Below, piece after piece: positions 21,471-31,700 of a stretch of DNA of 64,000 nt. Position 1 is the stretch's first letter. Every line of letters begins with the position of its first letter. A program made the translations under genes and the position numbers. Under the pieces are notes generated by a model. The model saw nothing but the letters and a program-made list of their open reading frames with translations. It was not told where the DNA came from and searched no databases. The DNA lies in NCBI RefSeq assembly GCF_054482595.1, contig NZ_CM137008.1. One strand, given 5' to 3'.

Positions 21471-22577
21471 ATGAATAAAACAATAACGGCGCTTGCTATC
21501 ATGATGGCTTCATTTGCCGCAAACGCGTCTGTATTACCGGAAACTCCTGTGCCATTTAAAAGTGGTACCGGAGCAATTGATAACGACACTGTCTACATTG
21601 GTTTAGGTAGCGCAGGTACGGCATGGTACAAGCTGGATACACAGGCCAAAGATAAAAAATGGACAGCGTTAGCTGCATTCCCTGGTGGACCAAGAGATCA
21701 AGCAACCTCTGCATTTATTGATGGCAATCTGTATGTGTTTGGCGGCATTGGCAAAAACAGCGAGGGCTTGACTCAGGTATTTAATGACGTACACAAATAC
21801 AACCCCAAAACCAATAGCTGGGTTAAATTGATGTCGCACGCGCCGATGGGCATGGCGGGCCATGTGACTTTTGTACACAACGGCAAGGCTTATGTTACTG
21901 GCGGTGTTAACCAGAATATCTTCAATGGCTATTTTGAAGATCTCAACGAAACTGGAAAAGATTCAACCGCTATAGATAAAATCAATGCCTACTATTTTGA
22001 CAAAAAAGCAGAAGATTATTTCTTCAATAAGTTTCTGTTGTCTTTTGATCCCTCAACACAGCAATGGAGTTACGCTGGCGAATCGCCCTGGTACGGAACG
22101 GCTGGTGCGGCGGTTGTGAATAAAGGTGATAAAACCTGGCTTATTAATGGCGAAGCCAAACCCGGATTGCGAACGGATGCCGTATTTGAACTTGATTTCA
22201 CCGGTAATAATTTAAAATGGAATAAGCTTGCTCCCGTCTCATCACCAGATGGCGTCGCTGGCGGTTTTGCGGGGATAAGCAATGATTCTCTTATATTTGC
22301 CGGAGGGGCCGGATTCAAAGGTTCACGAGAAAATTACCAGAACGGTAAGAACTATGCGCATGAAGGCCTGAAAAAATCATATAGCACTGATATTCATCTT
22401 TGGCATAACGGGAAATGGGATAAATCTGGTGAATTATCGCAAGGTCGGGCCTACGGAGTATCATTGCCCTGGAATAATAGTCTATTGATTATTGGCGGTG
22501 AATCTGCAGGCGGCAAAGCGGTGACGGATTCAGTTTTGATCTCTGTGAAGGATAATAAAGTTACAGTACAAAACTAA
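21471..22577 (+). CDS. nanM: N-acetylneuraminate mutarotase NanM (Kelch beta-propeller)
   Basis: MNKTITALAIMMASFAANA signal peptide followed by repeated GG/YVxGG Kelch-like motifs; downstream of nanC. Confidence 0.85.
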   Translation: MNKTITALAIMMASFAANASVLPETPVPFKSGTGAIDNDTVYIGLGSAGTAWYKLDTQAKDKKWTALAAFPGGPRDQATSAFIDGNLYVFGGIGKNSEGLTQVFNDVHKYNPKTNSWVKLMSHAPMGMAGHVTFVHNGKAYVTGGVNQNIFNGYFEDLNETGKDSTAIDKINAYYFDKKAEDYFFNKFLLSFDPSTQQWSYAGESPWYGTAGAAVVNKGDKTWLINGEAKPGLRTDAVFELDFTGNNLKWNKLAPVSSPDGVAGGFAGISNDSLIFAGGAGFKGSRENYQNGKNYAHEGLKKSYSTDIHLWHNGKWDKSGELSQGRAYGVSLPWNNSLLIIGGESAGGKAVTDSVLISVKDNKVTVQN

Positions 22578-22640
22578 CGCTTCAGGGCCCCAGTAAAGGG
22601 CCCTGCTATCAATTTATCATTTCAATTACGCGAAAATTAT

Positions 22641-23621
22641 ATGGACGCAATAATATCGCCCGATTATTACTATGTTCTTACCGTTGCTGGTCAGTCTAAT
22701 GCCATGGCGTATGGCGAAGGACTGCCATTACCGGACAGGGAAGATGCGCCTCATCCCAGAATTAAACAATTAGCGAGATTTGCGCATACGCATCCCGGAG
22801 GCCCGTCATGTCACTTTAACGACATTATTCCACTGACTCACTGCCCACACGATGTTCAGGATATGCAGGGTTATCACCATCCTCTGGCAACGAATCATCA
22901 AACACAGTACGGCACCATTGGCCAGGCACTGCATATTGCACGGAAATTACTGCCCTTTATTCCTGATAACGCAGGGGTTCTCATCGTTCCATGTTGCCGT
23001 GGCGGATCGGCTTTTACCGCGGGCAGCGAGGGGACATATTCAGAACGGCACGGAGCCAGCCATGATGCTTGTCGTTGGGGAACGGATACTCCGCTATACC
23101 AGGATTTAGTCAGCAGAACGCGAGCCGCATTGGCAAAAAATCCGCAGAACAAATTCCTCGGCGTATGCTGGATGCAAGGCGAATTTGACTTAATGACCAG
23201 TGACTACGCGTCACACCCTCAACACTTTAATCATATGGTTGAAGCCTTTCGTAGGGATCTAAAACAATACCATTCTCAGCTTAATAATATTACTGATGCG
23301 CCCTGGTTCTGCGGCGATACCACCTGGTACTGGAAAGAAAATTTCCCTCATGCGTATGAAGCTATTTATGGCAATTATCAAAATAATATTTTAGCTAATA
23401 TTATTTTCGTCGACTTCCAGCAACAAGGTGCAAGAGGACTGACGAACGCGCCTGATGAAGATCCGGACGATTTAAGCACGGGATATTACGGTTCAGCGTA
23501 CCGGTCACCGGAGAACTGGACGACGGCACTGCGAAGCAGTCATTTCAGCGCGGCAGCCCGTCGGGGGATTATTTCTGACAAGTTTGTAGAAGCAATTTTG
23601 CAGTTTTGGCGCGAAAGGTGA
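22641..23621 (+). CDS. nanS: 9-O-acetyl-N-acetylneuraminate esterase NanS (SGNH hydrolase)
   Basis: 326-aa ORF with an N-terminal GQSNAMAYGEG SGNH-type motif; last gene of the nanCMS cluster. Confidence 0.85.
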   Translation: MDAIISPDYYYVLTVAGQSNAMAYGEGLPLPDREDAPHPRIKQLARFAHTHPGGPSCHFNDIIPLTHCPHDVQDMQGYHHPLATNHQTQYGTIGQALHIARKLLPFIPDNAGVLIVPCCRGGSAFTAGSEGTYSERHGASHDACRWGTDTPLYQDLVSRTRAALAKNPQNKFLGVCWMQGEFDLMTSDYASHPQHFNHMVEAFRRDLKQYHSQLNNITDAPWFCGDTTWYWKENFPHAYEAIYGNYQNNILANIIFVDFQQQGARGLTNAPDEDPDDLSTGYYGSAYRSPENWTTALRSSHFSAAARRGIISDKFVEAILQFWRER

Positions 23622-23775
23622 GCGTTCATTAATTTGATTTATTCGCATCCATCAGCGCTTTTAACTCCTCCGGCGTAAACGGTGGTTTGCGTAGGTGCAA
23701 CATCGCATGGCAATTAGGGCACACAGGCAGCAAAAAAACAAATGAGATCAAAGTAATATATCTTCACTTGCAGGC

Positions 23776-24705
23776 TTGAACAGCAGAAAATTTGCGAGCA
23801 TGATCGCAATTATTTCACTGCCAGGGATATCAATGGCTTCCAGTAAATCGCTACAGCAGGCAATTGCCAATATAAAAATCTGGCATAAGGGTGAACAGCG
23901 CGCACCGCATAAACCATTGTTATTGCTATACGTATTAGCGGGATACCTGAATGGACATCCACGCCTTTTCGATTATGGATCGGAAATCTACGAACCTCTG
24001 CACAGTTTACTGGAACGTTTTGGGCCACAGCGTTCACAGTACCGACCTGATATGCCGTTCTGGCGATTACAAGGCGACGGATTCTGGCAATTACACAATG
24101 CCGAGCTTTGCTCAACAGCAGGGAGCAGCCGACAACCGCCAGTGAAGGAACTGAACGAATACCACGTTGCAGGCGGTTTCGATGAACAGCACTACGCCTT
24201 GGTAACCGGCAATAAAAAACTCATCAATACTCTGGCGCAACAGATACTCGAAGCGCACTTCACCGAGAGTATTCAGGAAGAAATTGCTGACGAGCTGGGT
24301 TTTGATCTCCAGCAAATCCGTAAACAGTGCGACCCGTTATTTCGCAAAAATGTATTACGCGCTTATAAATACCAGTGCGCGATATGTGGCTTTAATATGC
24401 GCCACGACGACACCACCGTCGCGCTGGAAGCGGCGCATATAAAATGGAAACAGCACGGCGGTCCTTGTGAAATTCCTAATGGCCTGGCGCTTTGCGCAAT
24501 TCACCATAAAGCCTTTGATAAAGGATCGATTGGCCTGGACGAAAATATGCGGGTACTGGTATCAGATGCGGTAAACGGCGGAGGGATCGTTGAGAGATTA
24601 TTCTGGGATTTTGACGGGAAAACTATTGCGTTGCCGCAGGTGCGTAAAAATTACCCTTATGAGGTGTTTGTAGAGTGGCATCGGAAAGAGGTTTTTAGGG
24701 GGTGA
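23776..24705 (+). CDS. HNH-family endonuclease with an N-terminal domain of unknown function
   Basis: C-terminal motif YKYQCAICGFNMRHDDTTVALEAAHIKWKQHGGPCEIPNGLALCAIHHKAFDKG has the C-x2-C ... H ... N ... C-x2-H-H arrangement of HNH nucleases; the N-terminal ~190 aa has no domain I can assign; the true start may be the internal MASSK Met. Confidence 0.6.
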   Translation: MNSRKFASMIAIISLPGISMASSKSLQQAIANIKIWHKGEQRAPHKPLLLLYVLAGYLNGHPRLFDYGSEIYEPLHSLLERFGPQRSQYRPDMPFWRLQGDGFWQLHNAELCSTAGSSRQPPVKELNEYHVAGGFDEQHYALVTGNKKLINTLAQQILEAHFTESIQEEIADELGFDLQQIRKQCDPLFRKNVLRAYKYQCAICGFNMRHDDTTVALEAAHIKWKQHGGPCEIPNGLALCAIHHKAFDKGSIGLDENMRVLVSDAVNGGGIVERLFWDFDGKTIALPQVRKNYPYEVFVEWHRKEVFRG

Positions 24706-25017
24706 GGTAGCCATTATATATCTTTCACCTAGGATTTTAAATGTAATAGATAAAGTATTTTCTGACACCGAAAGTAGTATTTATGAGTACATAGCCACAA
24801 ATCAATTTTAAAATCTCAATATAAAATACGTTTACAAATATTCTAGTCAGAGTAAATATATATTCATTATAAGAGAATCCAATTATTAACCAATCGAAAT
24901 TACAAATTAAAAAACAATTGGCATGTTGAATTGTACACTAATTTATATACATAGTAAATTTACATCTATTCATGATATAATTATCGTGATATCAATTCAT
25001 TAATCAGGAAAATCATA

Positions 25018-25320
25018 ATGGAATTGTTAAATACTTATGATGATAAAGAAACAGCTGAAATATTTTTTGAAAAAATAGACGGAGAGAAAAGATTAGCAAG
25101 TGAGAGAGATGCTACAGAAACAGTCTATAACCTCTTCGGGCAACCAACATGGAAAAACTTTTATCTTCTTGATATGTTTAACCTAAAAGAGTTACAAGGG
25201 ATTATAGAGTGTAGAAAAAATGGACAGCCGTTCGACCAGGAACGACACAGGGAAATAATAAAAATGCTTGAATATGCAGCAAAATCGTTTGACCTAATTA
25301 TTCCTGCACATTGGCGATAA
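25018..25320 (+). CDS. Small hypothetical protein (100 aa), acidic
   Basis: ORF preceded by a good RBS (caggaaaatcataATG); very AT-rich; no recognisable motif. Confidence 0.35.
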   Translation: MELLNTYDDKETAEIFFEKIDGEKRLASERDATETVYNLFGQPTWKNFYLLDMFNLKELQGIIECRKNGQPFDQERHREIIKMLEYAAKSFDLIIPAHWR

Positions 25321-25323
25321 TAT

Positions 25324-25354
25324 CTGTTCCATATCTCACAGAGATATGGAACAG
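25324..25354. terminator. Bidirectional hairpin between the small ORF and the convergent 3-gene operon
   Basis: ctgttccatatct (25324-25336), 5-nt loop, agatatggaacag (25342-25354) is a perfect 13-bp stem, flanked by AT-rich sequence, lying between two convergent stop codons. Confidence 0.5.
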
Positions 25355-25366
25355 AATCATAATTAT

Positions 25367-28300
25367 TTACTCGCTAACCATCTTACTGAATAACTTCTCC
25401 AGATAAACGGGGCCTGTATCCTCAATAAAAAGCACATTTCTGGCTTCCAGATTTTCTTTTGAGTCAGGTACGTTTACTAAGTCAACATAACAAGTTTCAG
25501 AAACAATAAATGCACTTAATGATAAGTTATCATCCGATAATTTATGTTCAAGATTCTTAATTTCTTTATATAATCCGAACTTCGGATCATCAAGATTAAG
25601 ATTGCGAATGCCTTTTGGATCAATAAGACTTAGCCATTGTTTACCACTTTTATCATCGACTAACCACAATAAGAAATCCGGATAAAAATTACCCGCAGTA
25701 GCAAAGCCCAGGCCTTTATTTTTAGAATCCGCATTTCTTAGCAGATATAAACTTTTATCACCAATAATTTTCTGCCCTTTTGTCGAATCAACAAAAGACT
25801 GAAGATCCTGAACAAAAGTAATCTCGCTTGGCGCACCAAGTGCTGCCGGTCGCATTTTTAGCGGTATATTGGCATTTTTTTCAATCGAAAGAAGCGGGTA
25901 ATAGAGATGTTTATCAAAGGTAATAGCAACCATCCCGGATGCACTCCAGGATTTTGCTTTACCGATTTCGCCGTCGATGACCAATTGTTGTAATTGTTCC
26001 AGCCGACTGGCATAAGCCAACCCATCATCAGTTTCTTCGATCTCGAAATGGTACATTTTGATCATACCAGGATCATCTTCTTTCACCTGCGTGACTTCAT
26101 AAAACTGACCTTCATAAGCATTTTTCAAGGTGTTGTAAAAGCGATCAGTATAATCAGTCAGCAGACGAAGCATAATATCTTCCTGCTTAGCAATATCTGC
26201 ATATTGCTTAATCTCAAGCTCTGAAGCTGGAATCAAAAGGGTATACCAACTATTTCCGATCTTTGTCTTACCGGTACAAAAGTCGATCAAACGTTGTTTA
26301 TCCACACGTAAATTTGACCAGCCGCGTTGTAGTTTATAATTCTGAATGGCGAGATAAAGCCGATCAAAATCAAATGCACTAATGATTTTATAATCTAACT
26401 TCGCTTCATTGCGCACGTTAACCGGAGTATTGTCCCCTTTTCTGCTGGTATCAATCGACTCAAGTTTCGGGTATAAGTCCAGCTTAATATGCGGCTGCTT
26501 AATTTTCCCCTGAAAATCAGCAGGAACTTCATACAATTCAGGAAAATAGACACGTTTAAAGCCGAGTCTTTGATTATCTTTATAACCATCTTTAAGCTTA
26601 AGTGTTTTAAGCCTGGTTGCTGGCATATTTGGCCGAGTTTCAAAATTCAGCTCAAGGATCTCGTCACTTGGCGTAATCCCTTCATCTTCCAGGTATTGTT
26701 TAAAGGTTGCCATGTAATCGGCACGTACACCGAATACATTCAGTGTCTCTAATTTTTCCAGATGCAACCCTTTCGGACGCTCACCGGGTGTACTGCGTTT
26801 CAAAGAATAATTGCGACCTTTAAGGCGTACGCCACGACCAAATAACTGAATGATCTGTGAACCTTCTCCACGGCCCATATTGAGCAATCCCATCGTTGAG
26901 ACGCGCCAACTGCTCCAGCCTTCAGTAAATTTTCGCGAGCCGATCAAAATATGTAGTCGCGAGTCTTTGTCATTTAACGTATGAAAGAGTGACTTTGCAA
27001 AATCATCTCTCTGATAATCAAATGTCGTATCCTCTTCACACATTTTGTAAAGAGACGGTGCATCACCAATATTGATAAGGCCAAACGGTTCGGCCTCACC
27101 AACCTGTAATGCCAGTTCACCTTTACTGCCTATTAAATTCAGAACTCGCAGTCGCTGACCAGAGTGAGTGGTGTTAAACAAGCGAGAAAGAATATCTGCG
27201 TAGATATCTTCCGGAGCGTTCATTAGTGCAGTAAAGCGATTTTCAAAAATGTTACGCTCTTTGGTATCGAGGATTCGCGCTTTATTTTTAATGAGATCGT
27301 TAATCCACGCTTTTGCCTGCGTTTCGTGGTTTAAAAACCATGCTAAAAAACGCAATACTGCGTGAATGTCTGAATCTTCACCACTTACCGTATTACCGAC
27401 AAAAACCCACAGCGGTTTTTCGATATTAAATTCACTTAATTTTTCTTTATTCTTATTGAATAAATATTGTTGCTGATAAAAGCTGAGCAAACACGCGGTA
27501 AAATACTCATACCGACGCTCATCTTTTTTATCCTCTTCAGGATTAAGGTTAAGAATCAGTGATTCTTTACCATAACCATCCTCATAGAAGAATTTATAGG
27601 AGTAATCGAACAGAATCGATTTTCCATAGACCTCTCGCGTCGCCTGAATACGCGCATCTCGTTTTTCTTCGCTGGTTAATGCTATTTGCGCTAACTCTTC
27701 TTCGTTCAGTTTACCTAAGGCCGTTGTTTCAAAAAGCAGCTTTGCTTTTTTCTTCTGAATTTCTGTTTCAACTGCCTCAACATTATTGCCACCGGCTACT
27801 GCCTGGCCAAAAGTTGCTGAATATTCAAACGCAAATCCGTCACGTGTTAATTTGTCACGACGGCGCATCCAGGCACCAGCAGCACTTCCGGTGCCTTTAT
27901 GCCCTTCATCAATCAGAACCAGATTGTTGCCTTCAAATGCCTCAACGGCAACAGTTTTGTCACCCATTTCATCGGCAAGTTTATTGATATCAATAACTTC
28001 AATCGTGCCTTTGAAGGGCGCAGATTTACTCTTATCGAATAACTGGTATTGGGTAAATCCTGAGTTTTCCAGCTCATCTAAATGTTGCTTCGACAGGCGT
28101 TCATCCGGAGTAAGCAGGATGATTTTGTCGGGGTAATGGTGGGTATTACCGTTCTGGAAATAATGTAAGTATTGCAAAATATTGACATGCAATAGCAGTG
28201 TCTTACCAGAACCAGTAGCATTCCAGTATGCCAGTTTATTCAAATCATCCAGAATATATGATTTGAACTGATTAGCCCGGTCTTTTGCTGTTTTATCATT

Positions 28301-28747
28301 TTCAGCATTGTATGCTGCCAGCTCGTTATTTAGCCCATCGAGTAATTGCTGTTTACGATTGAAGTACCAGTCCAGGTAGATCTCGGTAAACAAAAGCGAC
28401 AAGTACTGAAAATATTTCATGTTCAGCACAGTGTCTTCTTTGCGATTACGGTGCTCAGTTATCTGCTGCCAGTGCTGCACGATATTGAGATCGTAACGAC
28501 GCAGTTCATCGAGATCGATAAGATCGACCTCGAATAAATAGTTACTCAGCTCATGGAAGAACAAACTTTGGCCATCCTCATGGATGCCTTCAAAGCGATC
28601 TTCACCTAACCGATTCTTCAGACCTTGCAATGTGCCATCTTTAAAAAAATGGAACATAAAGCGGTTCAAAACCAGTTGCTTATGAAAGCTCAGTTTGCTG
28701 TTTGTCTCTTTTTTAACAGCTTTACCGGTGGTCGGTTTTTTAGCCAT
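25367..28747 (-). CDS. SF2 helicase with C-terminal PD-(D/E)xK-like motif (Type III Res-like), third gene of the operon
   Basis: 1126 aa; Walker A NATGSGKT (~aa 177-183), DExH-like VLIDEGHKG (~aa 278-286), SAT-type motif III (YSATFG), motif VI-like QLFGRGVRL, and near the C-terminus YPDFLLWLVDDKSGKQWLSLIDPKG, which fits a PD-(D/E)xK nuclease signature; start overlaps the upstream gene's stop. Confidence 0.65.
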   Translation of the reverse strand: MAKKPTTGKAVKKETNSKLSFHKQLVLNRFMFHFFKDGTLQGLKNRLGEDRFEGIHEDGQSLFFHELSNYLFEVDLIDLDELRRYDLNIVQHWQQITEHRNRKEDTVLNMKYFQYLSLLFTEIYLDWYFNRKQQLLDGLNNELAAYNAENDKTAKDRANQFKSYILDDLNKLAYWNATGSGKTLLLHVNILQYLHYFQNGNTHHYPDKIILLTPDERLSKQHLDELENSGFTQYQLFDKSKSAPFKGTIEVIDINKLADEMGDKTVAVEAFEGNNLVLIDEGHKGTGSAAGAWMRRRDKLTRDGFAFEYSATFGQAVAGGNNVEAVETEIQKKKAKLLFETTALGKLNEEELAQIALTSEEKRDARIQATREVYGKSILFDYSYKFFYEDGYGKESLILNLNPEEDKKDERRYEYFTACLLSFYQQQYLFNKNKEKLSEFNIEKPLWVFVGNTVSGEDSDIHAVLRFLAWFLNHETQAKAWINDLIKNKARILDTKERNIFENRFTALMNAPEDIYADILSRLFNTTHSGQRLRVLNLIGSKGELALQVGEAEPFGLINIGDAPSLYKMCEEDTTFDYQRDDFAKSLFHTLNDKDSRLHILIGSRKFTEGWSSWRVSTMGLLNMGRGEGSQIIQLFGRGVRLKGRNYSLKRSTPGERPKGLHLEKLETLNVFGVRADYMATFKQYLEDEGITPSDEILELNFETRPNMPATRLKTLKLKDGYKDNQRLGFKRVYFPELYEVPADFQGKIKQPHIKLDLYPKLESIDTSRKGDNTPVNVRNEAKLDYKIISAFDFDRLYLAIQNYKLQRGWSNLRVDKQRLIDFCTGKTKIGNSWYTLLIPASELEIKQYADIAKQEDIMLRLLTDYTDRFYNTLKNAYEGQFYEVTQVKEDDPGMIKMYHFEIEETDDGLAYASRLEQLQQLVIDGEIGKAKSWSASGMVAITFDKHLYYPLLSIEKNANIPLKMRPAALGAPSEITFVQDLQSFVDSTKGQKIIGDKSLYLLRNADSKNKGLGFATAGNFYPDFLLWLVDDKSGKQWLSLIDPKGIRNLNLDDPKFGLYKEIKNLEHKLSDDNLSLSAFIVSETCYVDLVNVPDSKENLEARNVLFIEDTGPVYLEKLFSKMVSE

Positions 28748-28749
28748 TC

Positions 28750-31700
28750 TTAAACCTCCTCCGCAAACATCAGGTTCAAGAATTCAGGTTCGATCTGGCG
28801 GATTTTCAGGCTACGAACAATCTCGCCGTCTTCTTCATCAACGGTAAAGGCGGTAGGCAAGTTATGATCGCCATTGATATAGATAACGTCATACGTGTTT
28901 TCTTTTGCATACAAATCAAATCGGTTAGCATATTTATTCAATTCTTCATAACCGATCTTGTCGCAATCGCGCCACAGAATAAGGGTACGCTCGCCTGTTG
29001 GCAGCGTACCTTCAACACGCACATAGCCACGTTCGATATTGGATTCGATGGATTTCACATGTAATCCAATGAGATAGTTGAAAGTTTCAACTAAATCGAT
29101 GTTTTTACGCTCAGTGGCACCGGCGGAATCCGTCGCAATATCCATTTCGTAGTTAAATGGTTTTTTGAAATTATCGATTCCGAGAAAAGAATCTTTACTC
29201 TCATTTTTAATGAGATAATTTAATAGATAATCATTCCTCACATCTGAAGGCAATGTTTCGAAAAGATCTATGGGAGATTTTTTCAGTACTATATTATTTA
29301 AGCAATCTTCATAGCTTTCTAGTTTAATTGTTTTAAGAATATGTGATATACCGTTTTTATCCTGTGGATAACCTTTATTCCACTTATCGCTATAAACGGC
29401 TTTTACAATTCTAGCTTTTATAACTGAATCAGAATGTTCTCCCATTTCAACTAATATATATTTATGATCTTCAGATTTTTCTCTATTTCTATTAATAACA
29501 GCATGTGCGGTGGTTCCACTGCCGCCAAAAAGATCGACTATGGTTTCATTATTAGCACTATGCCATACTGAATCAATAACGCGTTCCATAGTACCTAAGG
29601 ATTTTGGATAAGAAAACAAACCTGCAGAGCCAAACATGGACGTTAATAAATTTGTGCCACCTATGGTAGCATTATATTGTGATCCTTGCCAAATACTAGG
29701 AAGCAGTAACCTTCTTGCGCTATCATGATATAATCTGTTTATGACAAATTTGTTTGAACTTACCAATTCACCTACTTCAATTGCTTTTTTAGCCCCTTCA
29801 TAAGAAAGCGACCAAACTCTTTCTTCCCCATTCTCACCAATGGGATAGACTCTTTTTAAACCTTCTTTGGTTTCACCTACCGGATAATTACCTTTTTCTA
29901 AAGGAACAGGTGGTGGTTCGACTCCTTTAACTTCAAATGTATCAGGGTCAACCAAAACTGCAAAAAAGCTTTCTGGACGACCAGGATTACCAATCCTAAA
30001 ATTATTATCTCCGGTACCAGCTCTTCTAAAACCTCTAGTTCGAATTCCATCCTCCACACTATCCCCTTTGAGAATATCCATTCCTTCTGGTATAGAAAAC
30101 AGACAATATTCATGTGTTCTCGAAACATTTGTTCTACCTGTCCCAGACCCAGGATAGTGCTCAACGATACATTGTAAAACCTCTCTTTCTGGATTGATAC
30201 TTTTTTCCAATTCTTTTAAAAGAGACATTTCTGTATCATCAATAGCATAACAAAAAACACCGTTATTATTTAATAGTTTTTTAGATAAAATGATTCTATC
30301 AGCCATTAATGTAGCCCATGAAGAATCCTTATATCCATTTTTATATAAGATAGGAGTTGCATCAGTATTATATGGTGGATCAAGATATATTATGCTTGTA
30401 CTTTTATCAAACTTAGTCTCAAGGATTTTTAGGGCTTGATAATTTTCAGAGTTGACCAATAGCCCATTAATCTCATTATCAATATTATCAATTGATCGAA
30501 TCAGTTCACATTTAAATTTAGAATCAAAAAAAGTAGTATCAACCATCAGATATGGTGAACTCTTGAGAAATTTCATATCCCGAGAGTTATGCTGTTGAAA
30601 TAGACCTAGCGTACTCCAATGTTTAAATTGTTTATCATTTACTAATATAGTTTGATAAAGAGCATCTGGAATTCTATCTAAAGTAATACAGTATTCCGTA
30701 GAAACAACAAACTTCTTCTTAGTCCAAAGTTTTTTCTGGAAATTCTCAATTTGTGCCAAAAATGTAATGAGTTCCAGTGCAACAGTACGCAAACATTGAA
30801 TCATGCGCAATTGTTTCTCAATATTGGCAAACACTTCTGCATTTTGCACATTATCGAGATTCATTACTTCATTTTTAATATAAAAATCCAGTTCGTTCGT
30901 TAAAAAACCACCGAGATCTTTATGGATAAAGTAGTCTGCTGTATTACGCTGGGTATAAGTTGTAAGGTGACGCTCCAACTCTGTACGTGACGGATTTTTT
31001 TCTGTTGGCGCACGTTTAGCAAGATCAACCCAATGCTGTTGAACTGTTTTATCTGCCAGAATTGTTGAAATAGCGGACTGTACTAAAGCATCCTGCTTAG
31101 TGCCCTTTTTCATTGCCTTATATTCGAAGTGAATAACTAACTCTTCTGTTTCAACGAGTTTACCGTCCACCACAGATGAGTTTTTCACCACTTCTACTGG
31201 CTTATATTCTTGTTCATACTCATCACCTTCTTCATCAATTTTGGTACGAACATGTGGCTCAATAAGTACAAAGCAGCGATCTAATTCATTATCCTTACGG
31301 TTATCTTTTGCTGTGTCCGCTGCGAGCAATTTAAAGCTAACTTTACGACCATCATCTAATTTAAATGAATAATTAGCAAAGTTTTCGCCACTTTTAATGT
31401 AGTACTGGTCCTTATTTGCCCAGTGCAACATCACTTCTTCGCCAGAATAAGGGATGGCGTAGGTATTACCTTTATAACGGCGTTTGCTGATAAAATCGCC
31501 GTTGTCATAATAACGAGAAAAGAAAGTGAGCAGATGGGAAAATACTGCATTTTCATGCTCATTTGCTCCGGATGCCATAGCCGCCAGTTGCTTTTTAAGC
31601 TCCTGTACTTTCGGGCTATCAGCAGGGTCCACACCCGCATCAGTTGCCGCTTTTATTGTCAGTTGCAACTGATGTTCTAATTCTGATTTATTGGCATTTC

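Noticed and set aside
28640-28655. A7 homopolymer within the 5' coding region of the helicase-nuclease gene as a phase-variation tract
   Set aside because: Seven residues is short for a slipped-strand switch and no longer simple-sequence repeat is present in the operon; not enough to claim phase variation.
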